Assembly (NCBI GenBank): GCA_028686075.1
Contig: JAQUCT010000001.1
Span: 9,953-73,952 of the forward strand
Direction of reading: 5' to 3'
DNA from: Bacillota bacterium
Lineage (GTDB): Bacteria > Bacillota > Clostridia > Ch29
Length of the DNA stretch: 64,000 bases
Both the position numbers and the translations under genes were made by a program. Of this stretch, positions 18,655 to 27,851 are shown one piece after another (position 1 is the stretch's first letter; the number at the start of each line of letters is the position of its first letter). The notes under the pieces were generated by a model. It was given only the letters and a program-made list of their open reading frames with translations. It had not been told where the DNA came from and did no database searches.

Positions 18655-19485
18655 TCATTTTTCGGGTAACTGACCGGCAAAGCCGTAAAGGTCCTCAGGC
18701 AAATAACCAAACACCTTTCTAAAGGCCTCATCAAAGGGCGTGTTTTCCTTGAGGGCTTGGAACAATTCCAGGGTTTTATCCCTACCCTCCCTCTCAACCA
18801 GCGTTTTTACCAGCAAAAAAGACTGTTTGTACGCCAGGTACTGGTCCAAACCGGCGAAGTTGTCGGTTAGCTCGTCTAGAGAATAGGGCATCCGCCGGAA
18901 AATGTATTCCTTGCCCCATTCAAAACCTGTATTTAAGTACTCTTGGTATAAAGCCATACCTTCGGTGAACCACATCGGATAATTGCCACCGGCCATATCC
19001 GCCATAATAAGATGGGTAAGCTCATGTATATACAGGCCCTCCTCCGCTTCGTCCCCCTCGTCTCCCCATACGTTTGGCGATAAAACGCTTATTGTGCCGG
19101 CGTAATAAGCTCCTAGCGTGGTGCCCCGACAGGGAAGTCTCAACCCTTTTTGCAAATAGTCCCTGTCATGGTACACAGTCAAATAAATCTTTTTCCCCGG
19201 TTTATATCCAAAATATTCGGATACCTGATTGAGCTGTCTTTTTGCCTGGTCCTCCACCCTGCCAACCACCCCGACATCCCCGGCAGAAAACCGAATAACA
19301 AAGTCCTCGGTCTCCTTTACGGTGTAGCCGGTTGTCAGCCTTTGAAGCCTCATCCTTTCAGCCCCTTCAACCAACACGGTTACGGTGGGTTTAATGGCCT
19401 CAATTCCAAAAAGTATCAACATTAAGGCCAGCACCGCCAAAACAGCTGACAGACCCCTTTTAAACCCCCTCATAACAGGCATCAC
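18655..19485 (-). CDS. Membrane-anchored zinc metallopeptidase-like protein (peptidase MA clan, HExxH)
   Basis: N-terminal TM helix and HELTH zinc-binding motif with a downstream Glu (FTEGMALYQEY). Confidence 0.55.
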   Translation of the reverse strand: MMPVMRGFKRGLSAVLAVLALMLILFGIEAIKPTVTVLVEGAERMRLQRLTTGYTVKETEDFVIRFSAGDVGVVGRVEDQAKRQLNQVSEYFGYKPGKKIYLTVYHDRDYLQKGLRLPCRGTTLGAYYAGTISVLSPNVWGDEGDEAEEGLYIHELTHLIMADMAGGNYPMWFTEGMALYQEYLNTGFEWGKEYIFRRMPYSLDELTDNFAGLDQYLAYKQSFLLVKTLVEREGRDKTLELFQALKENTPFDEAFRKVFGYLPEDLYGFAGQLPEK

Positions 19486-19535
19486 CTCTAATTGATTATA
19501 CCAAAACCCAATATAAACTTCATAGGTAATATATC

Positions 19536-20648
19536 CTATATTCCTCTAAGTACCGTCCCTTGTTCCTCCCTCTGGGCCGACGTGCCCAGGGCCTCGCTTA
19601 GCTTTTCGATTCTGTTAAGTATTGTTTCTTTTTTCGAATCGTCGGGTATCCTGGGCTGGTGCTTGTCGTGTATTTGTATGGGATAGACCGCCACTTCGAT
19701 TATTTCTCCATCCTTAAGTTCTATATCAAGAATAATGCTCTGGTTGTTGTTATCGCCGTTTTGGTCGAAAATAAAATTCCCGAGACTGTATACTATCAGT
19801 TTGTCATTGTAGAACTCGATTCCCTGCAGAACATGGGGATGATGCCCGAGGACTATATCGGCACCCCAGTCTATTATTTTATGCCCAAGCTGTTGCTGCG
19901 CCGGGGTTATTCGGTTGCTGTTCTCTATACCCCAATGAAGCGACACCACCACCACATCGCATAAGTCTTTTAGCTTCTCTACGTCTTCCCTTATAAGCTC
20001 TTCCTTCATTGGCGCGGTACCTGCCATATCTTCGGTGGCCTCAAAGGTTCTTCTGTAGGAATAGCTCCAGAAATAATTGTAAAACTCGTTATAGGCCAGA
20101 AAGCCCACCCTCACTCCGTTCTTCACCACCACAAGAGGTCTTCTTGCCTGCTCAAGATTTTCCCCCGCACCCACATAACCAATACCCGCCTGTTGGAGGT
20201 TTTGTACGGTTTCTATAAGGGCCGGGGTATCGTAGTCCAGGGTATGGTTATTGGCCAGGGACAAAACGTCGAATCCTGCCTCCTTCAAGCCCTCGGTAAC
20301 CTCCGGTGCCGCCCTGAACCATATACCCTTTCCCGGAAGCTGTGTGCCGCTAGTTGCAATGGTGGTCTCAAGGTTTCCAAACACTATGTCTCCTGTTTCA
20401 AGTATATGTCTTACCCCGTCAAAGGGAGCATGTACCGAGCTTCTTCTAATCCTTGCTCCCACTCCCCGTGTAAGCATCATATCCCCGACCGCTATAAGCC
20501 TAAACTTTTGCGGTTGGGGCTGTGCAACCGCTTCCTCCGATGGCTCTTCTTCGATTGGGGCGGGCACTTCCGATCGGTCAGCGGCGACTCCGGCACACCC
20601 TGCCAGTAGCAGTATTATCAAACCGATTATCCCTGCATTCTTAAACAT
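19536..20648 (-). CDS. CapA/PgsA-family metallophosphatase-like lipoprotein (poly-gamma-glutamate/capsule biosynthesis family)
   Basis: Lipobox LLAGC, CapA motifs (FRLIAVGDMMLTRGV, GNLETTIA, SLANNHTLDYD, HPH). Confidence 0.75.
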   Translation of the reverse strand: MFKNAGIIGLIILLLAGCAGVAADRSEVPAPIEEEPSEEAVAQPQPQKFRLIAVGDMMLTRGVGARIRRSSVHAPFDGVRHILETGDIVFGNLETTIATSGTQLPGKGIWFRAAPEVTEGLKEAGFDVLSLANNHTLDYDTPALIETVQNLQQAGIGYVGAGENLEQARRPLVVVKNGVRVGFLAYNEFYNYFWSYSYRRTFEATEDMAGTAPMKEELIREDVEKLKDLCDVVVVSLHWGIENSNRITPAQQQLGHKIIDWGADIVLGHHPHVLQGIEFYNDKLIVYSLGNFIFDQNGDNNNQSIILDIELKDGEIIEVAVYPIQIHDKHQPRIPDDSKKETILNRIEKLSEALGTSAQREEQGTVLRGI

Positions 20649-20774
20649 TTTATAATCCCTTTCTTAAAATGTGATTATCTTAATTTAACAACAAACTAAC
20701 TGTCATGTCAATTAACCATTTGGGGTGCTGCTGCATAGAATGTATATATGGGTTAATTATCCGGGAGTGATTTT

Positions 20775-22022
20775 ATGGGTTCTGTCAATCATCCATTAAA
20801 CAAAACACTGTTTAAACATCGGCTGGACCCGGCCTTAAAGAACATGGCTTCCGCAAAAAAAACGCGGTGGCTTTCAGTCATAGTCCAGTCGGTGAACGGT
20901 ATTGACGAAAGGATTAAAAAACATATAAAAAAACACAGTGGCAGGATAACGAAGGATTATCCATTTATAAAAGCATGCAATGTTTTGCTACCGCCCTCCG
21001 CGATTAAACCGCTGGAGACTTTGAGCCAGGTTCACTACCTGTCTTTTAACCGTCCGGTTGCCGCCCATCTTAACAACCTCAAAACTGTTATGGCATCGGG
21101 CACCGCCCATAACCAGGGCCTTTCCGGGAGAGACATAAATGTAGCACTGTTGGACACAGGTACATACCCACACCCGGACCTAATCCGGCCGGCAAACCGT
21201 ATCCTTTGTTTCAAGGACTTCGTTAACGATCGTGAATTTGCCTACGACGACAACGGCCACGGAACATTTATCGCGGGTATTATTGCGGGAAACGGTTCCA
21301 TGTCAAAGGGGGAGTACGCCGGCACCGCTCTCGGGGCAGGGCTCATAAGCCTTAAGGTTTTAAACCAAAGCGGAAACGGCTGGACGTCCACCGTCCTGTC
21401 CGGAATGCAGTGGGTATACGACAACCGGGAAAAGTATAGAATAAAGCTGGCCTGCCTGCCCCTTGGCTGCTCCGGTTCCCTGGCCGCCGAAAACGACCCG
21501 CTGTCAAGGGCTGCCCAGGCCCTGTGGGATTTAGGTGTCGTCGTTTGTACTTCTGCAGGCAATAACGGGCCGGAGGTCTCCTGGATATCCTCGCCGGGCA
21601 TTAACCCAAACATTATAACCGTAGGTGCCCTTCAGAGTTTCGGAGGAACCGTTTCCCGCGACAATCCCCTTGCCCTCTTTTCCAGCAGGGGGTATACCGC
21701 CGACGGAAACCCGGGACCGGATTTCGTCGCCCCCGGCACAGCGATAACGTCCCTAAACTCGGACCCGTGTTTTATGCCCAAGTCTCCTCTTTCCCACAGG
21801 AGTACACGGCTGGATAATTATTATTGCCAGGGCACCGGCACTTCCGCAGCCTGTGCTGCCGTCGCCGGTACCATCTGCCTTTTGCTTGAAAAGCACAGGG
21901 ACCTTACCCCCGACGAAGTAAAGTCCCTTTTAAAACACAGCTGCAAAAGTTTAAACCTGCTTAAGGAGCAGCAGGGCTACGGCCTGCCGGACATAAACAA
22001 ATTATTATATATAACGCATTAA
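20775..22022 (+). CDS. Subtilisin-like serine protease (peptidase S8)
   Basis: Catalytic triad contexts LLDTGT (Asp), HGTFIAGIIAG (His), GTSAACAAVAG (Ser). The last 6 codons and stop lie in the head of repeat family 1. Confidence 0.8.
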   Translation: MGSVNHPLNKTLFKHRLDPALKNMASAKKTRWLSVIVQSVNGIDERIKKHIKKHSGRITKDYPFIKACNVLLPPSAIKPLETLSQVHYLSFNRPVAAHLNNLKTVMASGTAHNQGLSGRDINVALLDTGTYPHPDLIRPANRILCFKDFVNDREFAYDDNGHGTFIAGIIAGNGSMSKGEYAGTALGAGLISLKVLNQSGNGWTSTVLSGMQWVYDNREKYRIKLACLPLGCSGSLAAENDPLSRAAQALWDLGVVVCTSAGNNGPEVSWISSPGINPNIITVGALQSFGGTVSRDNPLALFSSRGYTADGNPGPDFVAPGTAITSLNSDPCFMPKSPLSHRSTRLDNYYCQGTGTSAACAAVAGTICLLLEKHRDLTPDEVKSLLKHSCKSLNLLKEQQGYGLPDINKLLYITH

Positions 22023-22209
22023 TAATATTACATTCCTTTATCTGTCATTCCGAAGAAGCGAAGCCCGAATAATCCAACTCTGTCGCTTAAGAGGGCGAAG
22101 CCTGAAGAATCTTGCTTAGGGGTAGACCCTTCACTATTGCAAGATCCTTCGCTACCGCTCAGGATGACAACCATTACGCTCAGGATGACACGTTATAAGA
22201 TGTAAAGTC
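22004..22209. repeat. Intergenic repeat family 1, copy 1: mosaic of inverted sub-repeats (module gtcattcYgaRGRGcgaagcccgaaRaatc and its complement tccttcgctNcgctcaggatgaca)
   Basis: Shares head (ttatatataaYgcattaataRtattacatt), internal modules and tail (gatgacaNgNtagaagatgtaaagtc) with 29269..29456 and 29791..29959. The tail module cgctcaggatgaca is tandemly duplicated. Confidence 0.85.
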
Positions 22210-22234
22210 TTAAGCACATTATTTATAGAATTAA

Positions 22235-22258
22235 AAAGGGCCGCTAAGCCCTTTTTTA
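22235..22258. terminator. Bidirectional Rho-independent terminator between convergent subtilisin and LysM-M23 genes
   Basis: aaaAAGGGCcgctaaGCCCTTttttat: 6-bp GC-rich stem flanked by an A-run and a T-run. Confidence 0.7.
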
Positions 22259-23680
22259 TCACTTCAGATAGTTTGTGGGATTGACCGGTGCGCCGAATTT
22301 CCTTACCTCAAAGTGCAGGTGGGGCCCGGTACTCCTGCCGGTGTTCCCAGACATTGCTATTGTCTGTCCTTTGTGTACCTTATCTCCCTTGGACACCAGA
22401 TTTTGCGAATTATGTCCGTAGTAGGTGGTAAATCCTTCCCCATGGTCTATTATAACCAGGTTACCATAGGTGCCCATCCTACCGGAGAATTGCACCGTGC
22501 CTCCATCCGCCGCCTTAACCGGGGTACCTATGGGGATTCCTATATCTATGCCGTTGTGCATTCGTCCCCCCCTCCGTCCGAAACCGGAGGTTATTTTCCC
22601 CCTTGCCGGATACGCAAAGGTTCCGGTACCCTGCCTTGGGGGCGGCGGCTTCGTGCCTACGGCAACCATCCTTGTAACCGGGTCCTTTATAACCTTTTCG
22701 TCCAATATTTCCCGGCCGGCCTCTGTGCCGTTTTCCCTTATTATCCTGGCGGTAATTTTCCTCTCGCCGTACCTTCCAGATATTTTTACTATCGATTCTC
22801 CCTTGTAGAACTCACTACTTTCCCTGTACTCGGTATCATAGGGTATATTCTCCTTGAGGGTGACTATTTCCTCGGTAACCACCGTTACAAAGGGTTTGGG
22901 TACAATCATGCTGAGCTGCTGCCCAATCTGCAGCTTTTTGGGGTCCACCTCGGGGTTCGCTTTTTCCAGGTCCTCTACAGTAATGTTGTGGTTTCGGGAT
23001 ATTCCCCAAAGGCTGTCCCCCCTGGAAACGGTATACACTTTACTCTCGATGGTACCGTTTAACAGGTATTTATAGGCATCCTCCGGGTCCATTATATCCT
23101 CAGGTTCTACCGGGCTGTCAACAAGCTCCACCCTTTCCTTTATGTCTATACCACAGAGGTCCACATCCTGCTCCTTCTGAGCAAAGACCTCCTTTACCCT
23201 TTCAAGAAGGTTCTGGGCCTTATCCATACCTACAACCGATAATACGGGTCTTCCGTCAATACAGAGGGTGATTGCTTTTTTTCTCAATTCAATATTTCTT
23301 TCAAGTTCTTTTTTTAGGCTTTCCTCATCCAATATGTTGTCTAACCTTTTATCTATTTTAATCTTTTTCACATTAAGTTCTGCAGTCAATACAAGGCCAT
23401 CGTCCCCCGCCAGAATTTCATCGTCCAGACGGTCCAGCACTTCCATGGCCATTTCTTGCTCCTTCACAATTCCTATGGGGGTACCGTTTAAGGATACCAT
23501 ATACCCGGTGCGGGATATCTCCGTATAAGCGTATACTGCTGCCAGCAGTACCACAATACAAACAACGGTTACAACAGCTTTTTTCTTCCCATGACCCGTC
23601 TTTTCTAAAAATCGTGCAACAAACTCCCTTACATGGTTTTCGTTAGACGGTTTATCCATTGTTCGTCCCCTTTCCTCCAT
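22259..23680 (-). CDS. Membrane-anchored LysM-domain M23 family peptidoglycan metalloendopeptidase
   Basis: N-terminal TM, LysM (YTVSRGDSLWGISRNHNITVEDLEKANP) and M23 core (HNGIDIG...GNLVIIDHGEGFTTYYGHNS...GPHLHFEV). Alternative start at 23659. Confidence 0.8.
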   Translation of the reverse strand: MEERGRTMDKPSNENHVREFVARFLEKTGHGKKKAVVTVVCIVVLLAAVYAYTEISRTGYMVSLNGTPIGIVKEQEMAMEVLDRLDDEILAGDDGLVLTAELNVKKIKIDKRLDNILDEESLKKELERNIELRKKAITLCIDGRPVLSVVGMDKAQNLLERVKEVFAQKEQDVDLCGIDIKERVELVDSPVEPEDIMDPEDAYKYLLNGTIESKVYTVSRGDSLWGISRNHNITVEDLEKANPEVDPKKLQIGQQLSMIVPKPFVTVVTEEIVTLKENIPYDTEYRESSEFYKGESIVKISGRYGERKITARIIRENGTEAGREILDEKVIKDPVTRMVAVGTKPPPPRQGTGTFAYPARGKITSGFGRRGGRMHNGIDIGIPIGTPVKAADGGTVQFSGRMGTYGNLVIIDHGEGFTTYYGHNSQNLVSKGDKVHKGQTIAMSGNTGRSTGPHLHFEVRKFGAPVNPTNYLK

Positions 23681-23793
23681 TACTTTAAATCAGTTTTTCC
23701 GTAATGTGGGAGGCGTTCCTTCTTATGTACATTTGTAATCATAACATAGTTATCTGCTTATAAATGTTTTTTATGCATTTTTCCAAAAAAGGC

Positions 23794-25278
23794 TTAAAAC
23801 CCCATCACAAGCCATTCCCGAATCCGTTCACCCAGGCTATTATCGCCCATGTTCTCAATGATTCGGATAAAGTCTTCCGCTGTCGCGTTCTGGAAGGCAT
23901 AGTTCCTGTAATAGACTTCCAAAACCCTGAAGAATTTCTCGTCCCCCATTATATCCCTTAAGTTCTGGAATATCAAAGCCCCTCCGCAATATACAAGGGT
24001 ATGGTACTGCTCCGAATCCCGGTATTCCTCAAGGGTGCCCTGTATATTTGCGCCGGGCCCTTCCTCTGCCGCCGCCACATATTCATAATACCTTTTTTTG
24101 ATAAGGTTCTCAAACAGCCCCTTAGCGGTATCGGGTCCATACTTCTTTTCAAAATAGAGTATCGTGGAATACTCGGTCAGGCCTTCGTCCAACCATGCCT
24201 CCCCGACTTGGTTGCTACCAACTATGCCGTACCACCATTGGTGCGCCGTTTCATGTACAGTTATATATTCCAGCGTAAACAACCTTTCAATATTATATAA
24301 CTCTTTGCTAATTAAAACAAGATTTGGATACTCCATTCCCCCCACAAAAAAATCTGCCGCAACCACCGAATAATTTTTGTAGGGGTATTTACCAAAGCAT
24401 TCGTTAAATATGGAAACCGCATCAACAGCGTATTCAAGGGCCTTTTTGCCAGTCCCCTTGTCAAAATAATAGGACCTTACCGTTGTACCGTCGGTCTTTT
24501 TACTGCCCACCGAAAAGTCCTCTGCGGCGATCCACGCAAAGTCCCTTACCTTTTCTGCCTGCATGGTCCATTCCCTGTTTTCTCCATAGTGCCTGCGGTT
24601 CTTTAAGACCTCCCCCGTTGACGCCACCGTATAACCCTTTGGCAGAACAAGGCTCACCCTATAGTCCGCAACATCGCTGTAGAAGGGGTCTCCTATTTCG
24701 TGGTAAGGGTCAAGGTTCCATCCGTTATGGTCAAACACCGCCGCAATGGGATACCAGTTGGCGGCCTTTACGGTGTTTTCCCCGTATCCGAACCGCCCGA
24801 AGCAGTGAGGAAACTTTACTGTGAAGCATATATCAACCTCAACGGATTCTCCCGGTCCTATGGGATCAGACAACCTTATTATTAATACCTCCCTGTCACT
24901 GCTTTTATATTCCCAGTCCCCTCGCTGCCCCTCTACCCGGACATTGTCTATATTGATAAACCCGGTATTAAACCCCTCCGGATATGCGCTGCCCTGCTCA
25001 AAGGGTTCGAAGGGTGCTGCGTCTTCCTTTTCAAAGGCGTTGGGATAAAGATGCATATATAAGTCTTCTAGGATGGTCTCCTCATTGTTATAGTATGTAA
25101 GATGCTGATAACCCTTGAGCAGTTTTTCTACTTGGTCAAAATAGCAGCTAATATTGTACCGGTTAACCCTTATCTCCTCCGCTGGGAATCCCGATGTAGG
25201 AGAATATTCCTCCCGGAAATGGCTGCAGGATATCATAAGAACTACAGCCAGAATTATTATTATAACAACCCTTTTCAT
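23794..25278 (-). CDS. Peptidase M1 family (aminopeptidase N-like) lipoprotein
   Basis: HEXXH-E gluzincin signature (HETAHQWWYG ... WLDEGLTEYS), lipobox LMISCS. ATG at 25278 is preceded by the strong RBS GGGGAGGG; the ORF-track start at 25296 lacks an RBS. Confidence 0.75.
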   Translation of the reverse strand: MKRVVIIIILAVVLMISCSHFREEYSPTSGFPAEEIRVNRYNISCYFDQVEKLLKGYQHLTYYNNEETILEDLYMHLYPNAFEKEDAAPFEPFEQGSAYPEGFNTGFINIDNVRVEGQRGDWEYKSSDREVLIIRLSDPIGPGESVEVDICFTVKFPHCFGRFGYGENTVKAANWYPIAAVFDHNGWNLDPYHEIGDPFYSDVADYRVSLVLPKGYTVASTGEVLKNRRHYGENREWTMQAEKVRDFAWIAAEDFSVGSKKTDGTTVRSYYFDKGTGKKALEYAVDAVSIFNECFGKYPYKNYSVVAADFFVGGMEYPNLVLISKELYNIERLFTLEYITVHETAHQWWYGIVGSNQVGEAWLDEGLTEYSTILYFEKKYGPDTAKGLFENLIKKRYYEYVAAAEEGPGANIQGTLEEYRDSEQYHTLVYCGGALIFQNLRDIMGDEKFFRVLEVYYRNYAFQNATAEDFIRIIENMGDNSLGERIREWLVMGF

Positions 25279-25420
25279 GCCCGACCCTCCCCGCAAACAA
25301 ATGAGGCATTCAGTAGGAGTACCCCTATCCTATATAATATTTTTATGCCCCGCTAGGAAGGGTAATAACTAATATGTTATAATGTAGAAAAGGGTACAGA
25401 ATATTCTTTGGAGTGATAAT

Positions 25421-26449
25421 ATGCAATTCATTAAGGGGAAACCTGGAATAGATATTGAGGATACACCTGTTGAAAACATATTTATTGATGCTTTTATGCC
25501 CTCCGCAGAGGGTAACTTCGTTAAGGTATACCTGCTTGGGTATAAGTACGCCTGCAGTCCGGGCCACTCCTCGGTTTTTTCCAACGAAACCATTAGCCGG
25601 GCGTTGGATATACCGATATCGACTGTTTTAAAGGCATGGGACTACTGGGAGCAAAGGGGCATAATTAAAAAGCACTGTACAAGGGACGGAAAATCAAACT
25701 TTTCCGTGGAGTTTTTAAGCCTTAAACAACTGTACATAGACAACTACCGCAGCGTACCCGGCAATTCCCCCGAAGAAGCGGGGAGGGCCTATACCCCTTC
25801 GGACCTGATGCAAGCCATGGGTGATACAAGGATTAGGGATATGTTCAACAAAATACAAAAAATTATATGCCGGCCCCTAACCCCAAGCGAGAGCCTGCAG
25901 TGCTTGGAATGGCTGTACGATTTAAAAATGGTGCCGGAGATTATAGAGGAAGCCTTCCGGTATTCCGTCGAAAAAAGAGGGGTCAAAAATATAAGATACA
26001 TAAATACAATTATAAATAACTGGTACGATAATAATATAAACACCCTGGAGAAACTTTCCGAGCACCTGGAAGTCACCGACGCCAGGTACACCCGGTACAA
26101 TAGGGTGATGAGGGCCCTGGGAAGGCCCAAGAACCCGACAAAAATTGAGAAGCAGTATATGGATAAATGGCTGGATGAATACAGCATGCCCGTAGAAGTA
26201 ATCCTTAAGGCCTGTGATACGGCCGTTATACAGACGCCAAGCCCCTCCCTCAATTATGTGGACGGAATAATAATAAAATGGTACAAGGACGGGGTGAAAA
26301 CTCTTGCCGATATACCGGCCGGCAAAAAGGAACCCAAACCCCAAAGGCGCAAAAGCGCAAAAGGTAAATTTCACAGCTTTGAACAATCAGCCCTTAAACT
26401 GACAAATGAACAGCTTAAGGAAATACTAAATAAACATAAGGATGCATAA
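25421..26449 (+). CDS. DnaD-domain replication initiation/membrane attachment protein (DnaD/DnaB-like primosomal protein)
   Basis: Two DnaD-like (DDBH2) repeats with the conserved YxxxIxxxW signature (IRYINTIINNWYDN and LNYVDGIIIKWYKDG); lies immediately upstream of dnaI as in the Bacillus dnaB-dnaI operon. Confidence 0.7.
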   Translation: MQFIKGKPGIDIEDTPVENIFIDAFMPSAEGNFVKVYLLGYKYACSPGHSSVFSNETISRALDIPISTVLKAWDYWEQRGIIKKHCTRDGKSNFSVEFLSLKQLYIDNYRSVPGNSPEEAGRAYTPSDLMQAMGDTRIRDMFNKIQKIICRPLTPSESLQCLEWLYDLKMVPEIIEEAFRYSVEKRGVKNIRYINTIINNWYDNNINTLEKLSEHLEVTDARYTRYNRVMRALGRPKNPTKIEKQYMDKWLDEYSMPVEVILKACDTAVIQTPSPSLNYVDGIIIKWYKDGVKTLADIPAGKKEPKPQRRKSAKGKFHSFEQSALKLTNEQLKEILNKHKDA

Positions 26450-26460
26450 TTTGCGGGAGA

Positions 26461-27444
26461 GTGTTATATATGGATAAAAAGGTACGCGATATATTAAAGG
26501 AATATGAGGCTTTGCAGTCCCGGGCGGACAAGGAAAGGAAGGAAAGGGTAGGGGAAATCCATCGAAGGATACCGCGGATAAGGGATATTGACGACACCAT
26601 AAGCAGGCTTGGGCTGGAATGCGCCTCCTATTCAATAGGTCTTAAACCTTCTGAACAAAAGGAATACCTGGAGGCCTTTGCCGGGAAAGTGGAAAAGCTT
26701 AAGGGGGAAAAACTTGCCCTTCTTAAAGAGCACGGTTATCCACCGGACTATACGGAAATAAAACACAAATGCAGTAACTGTAATGATACCGGATACGTAG
26801 GGCAAAAAAAATGCTCCTGCTTCCGGCAAAAGCTTATTGACAGGGCATATAGTCAATCAAACCTCAGCGGTATTCTATCGAGGGAAAACTTTAGTACCTT
26901 TGATATTAATCTTTTTTCCGCCAAAAAGTTGCAGGGCTATTCAAAGACGCCCAGGCAAAACATGCTGGATATACTAAGCCGCTGCGAAAGCTTTGTGCAT
27001 AACTTCGAAAACAATGAAGAAAAGAACCTGCTTTTTTACGGCGGAACAGGACTGGGAAAAACCTTTATGTGCAACTGCATCGCAAAAAAACTGCTGGACA
27101 AGGGAAAACCGGTGCTGTACCTTACCGCCTTCAAGCTATTTAAAATACTGGAGGAATACCGTTTCCGGCCAAAGGATACAGCGCCGGACCAAGATACGCT
27201 GGATTTTATTCTAACCTGCGACCTTTTGATAATAGACGACCTGGGCACGGAGCTTACAAACAGCTTTACTAAATCTGAGCTGTTTAACATTATAAATACA
27301 CGGCTTCTGGAAAGGAAAAAAACCATTATTTCCACAAACTTTCAACCGGATGAGCTTTTAGAAACCTATGGTCAACGGGTATTCTCAAGGCTGTCAGAGC
27401 CGTACAGAGCACTGGAATTCTACGGCCATGACCTCAGGATGTAA
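26461..27444 (+). CDS. dnaI: Primosomal helicase loader DnaI (AAA+)
   Basis: N-terminal Cys4 zinc module (CSNCNDTGY...CSC), Walker A GGTGLGKT and Walker B LLIIDDLG. Alternative start at 26470 (MDKKVRD). Confidence 0.85.
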   Translation: MLYMDKKVRDILKEYEALQSRADKERKERVGEIHRRIPRIRDIDDTISRLGLECASYSIGLKPSEQKEYLEAFAGKVEKLKGEKLALLKEHGYPPDYTEIKHKCSNCNDTGYVGQKKCSCFRQKLIDRAYSQSNLSGILSRENFSTFDINLFSAKKLQGYSKTPRQNMLDILSRCESFVHNFENNEEKNLLFYGGTGLGKTFMCNCIAKKLLDKGKPVLYLTAFKLFKILEEYRFRPKDTAPDQDTLDFILTCDLLIIDDLGTELTNSFTKSELFNIINTRLLERKKTIISTNFQPDELLETYGQRVFSRLSEPYRALEFYGHDLRM

Positions 27445-27458
27445 GAGGAATAATATTT

Positions 27459-27486
27459 AAAAAAACACTGCTTTAAATGCAGTGTT
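27459..27486. terminator. Rho-independent terminator downstream of tRNA-Lys (also usable for dnaI on the opposite strand)
   Basis: aaaaaaACACTGCtttaaaTGCAGTGTttgaattt; on the minus strand the hairpin is followed by a run of seven T. Confidence 0.65.
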
Positions 27487-27501
27487 TGAATTTAATGGAG
27501 C

Positions 27502-27577
27502 TGGTGACCCATCAGGGACTCGAACCCTGGACACCCTGATTAAGAGTCAGGTGCTCTACCGACTGAGCTAATGGGTC
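27502..27577 (-). tRNA. tRNA-Lys (anticodon CTT)
   Basis: 76-nt cloverleaf on the minus strand: GACCCAT-TA-GCTC-AGTCGGTAG-AGC-A-CCTGA-CTCTTAA-TCAGG-GTGTC-CAGGG-TTCGAGT-CCCTG-ATGGGTC-A-CCA, with an encoded CCA end and the conserved TTCGA T-loop. Confidence 0.9.
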
Positions 27578-27594
27578 ATGCGTTACTAGAATAT

Positions 27595-27623
27595 ATTAAA
27601 CCAAAACCGATCCTTTGTCAATA
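27595..27623 (-). promoter_or_regulatory. Putative sigma-A promoter for tRNA-Lys
   Basis: On the minus strand: TTGACA - 17 nt - TAATAT, positioned about 20 nt upstream of the tRNA 5' end. Confidence 0.5.
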
Positions 27624-27851
27624 TACCTATTCAGGGAACCGACCGGTAATTTATCCAAAAAGGCTTAGTTTCTGCCTTTACCCGATGAATAACCGCCATT
27701 AAGTCTCCCGATTCTAACTTTGCACTGGTATTTCTTTTCTTCTTCCACTGGCACCACACCCCGCGGTTCCGGATAAAAATCCGGCCATATGAATTATCCG
27801 ATTATTGTCGCCTATAATGCCTCCATCCCTTCGGCCGGCAGAAAATAAGGC

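Noticed and set aside
18591-18797. 68-aa ORF in the walR upstream region overlapping the MA-peptidase gene end
   Set aside because: Overlaps the 3' end of the 18655..19485 gene on the same strand in another frame. No RBS. Arginine/cysteine-rich translation typical of out-of-frame GC-rich sequence.
22020-22232. Possibility that repeat family 1 copies are a degenerate CRISPR array or a tRNA-derived element
   Set aside because: No regularly spaced identical direct repeats with unique spacers, and no cas genes. The copies are far apart (22 kb and 29 kb) and internally palindromic rather than direct-repeat/spacer structured. No cloverleaf can be drawn.
27578-27851. Integrase or attachment-site scar next to tRNA-Lys that would mark the 27.8-30 kb segment as a classical tRNA-targeted genomic island
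   Set aside because: No integrase/recombinase ORF in any frame, and no direct repeat of the tRNA 3' end was found downstream. The segment is better described as bounded by repeat-family-1 copies.
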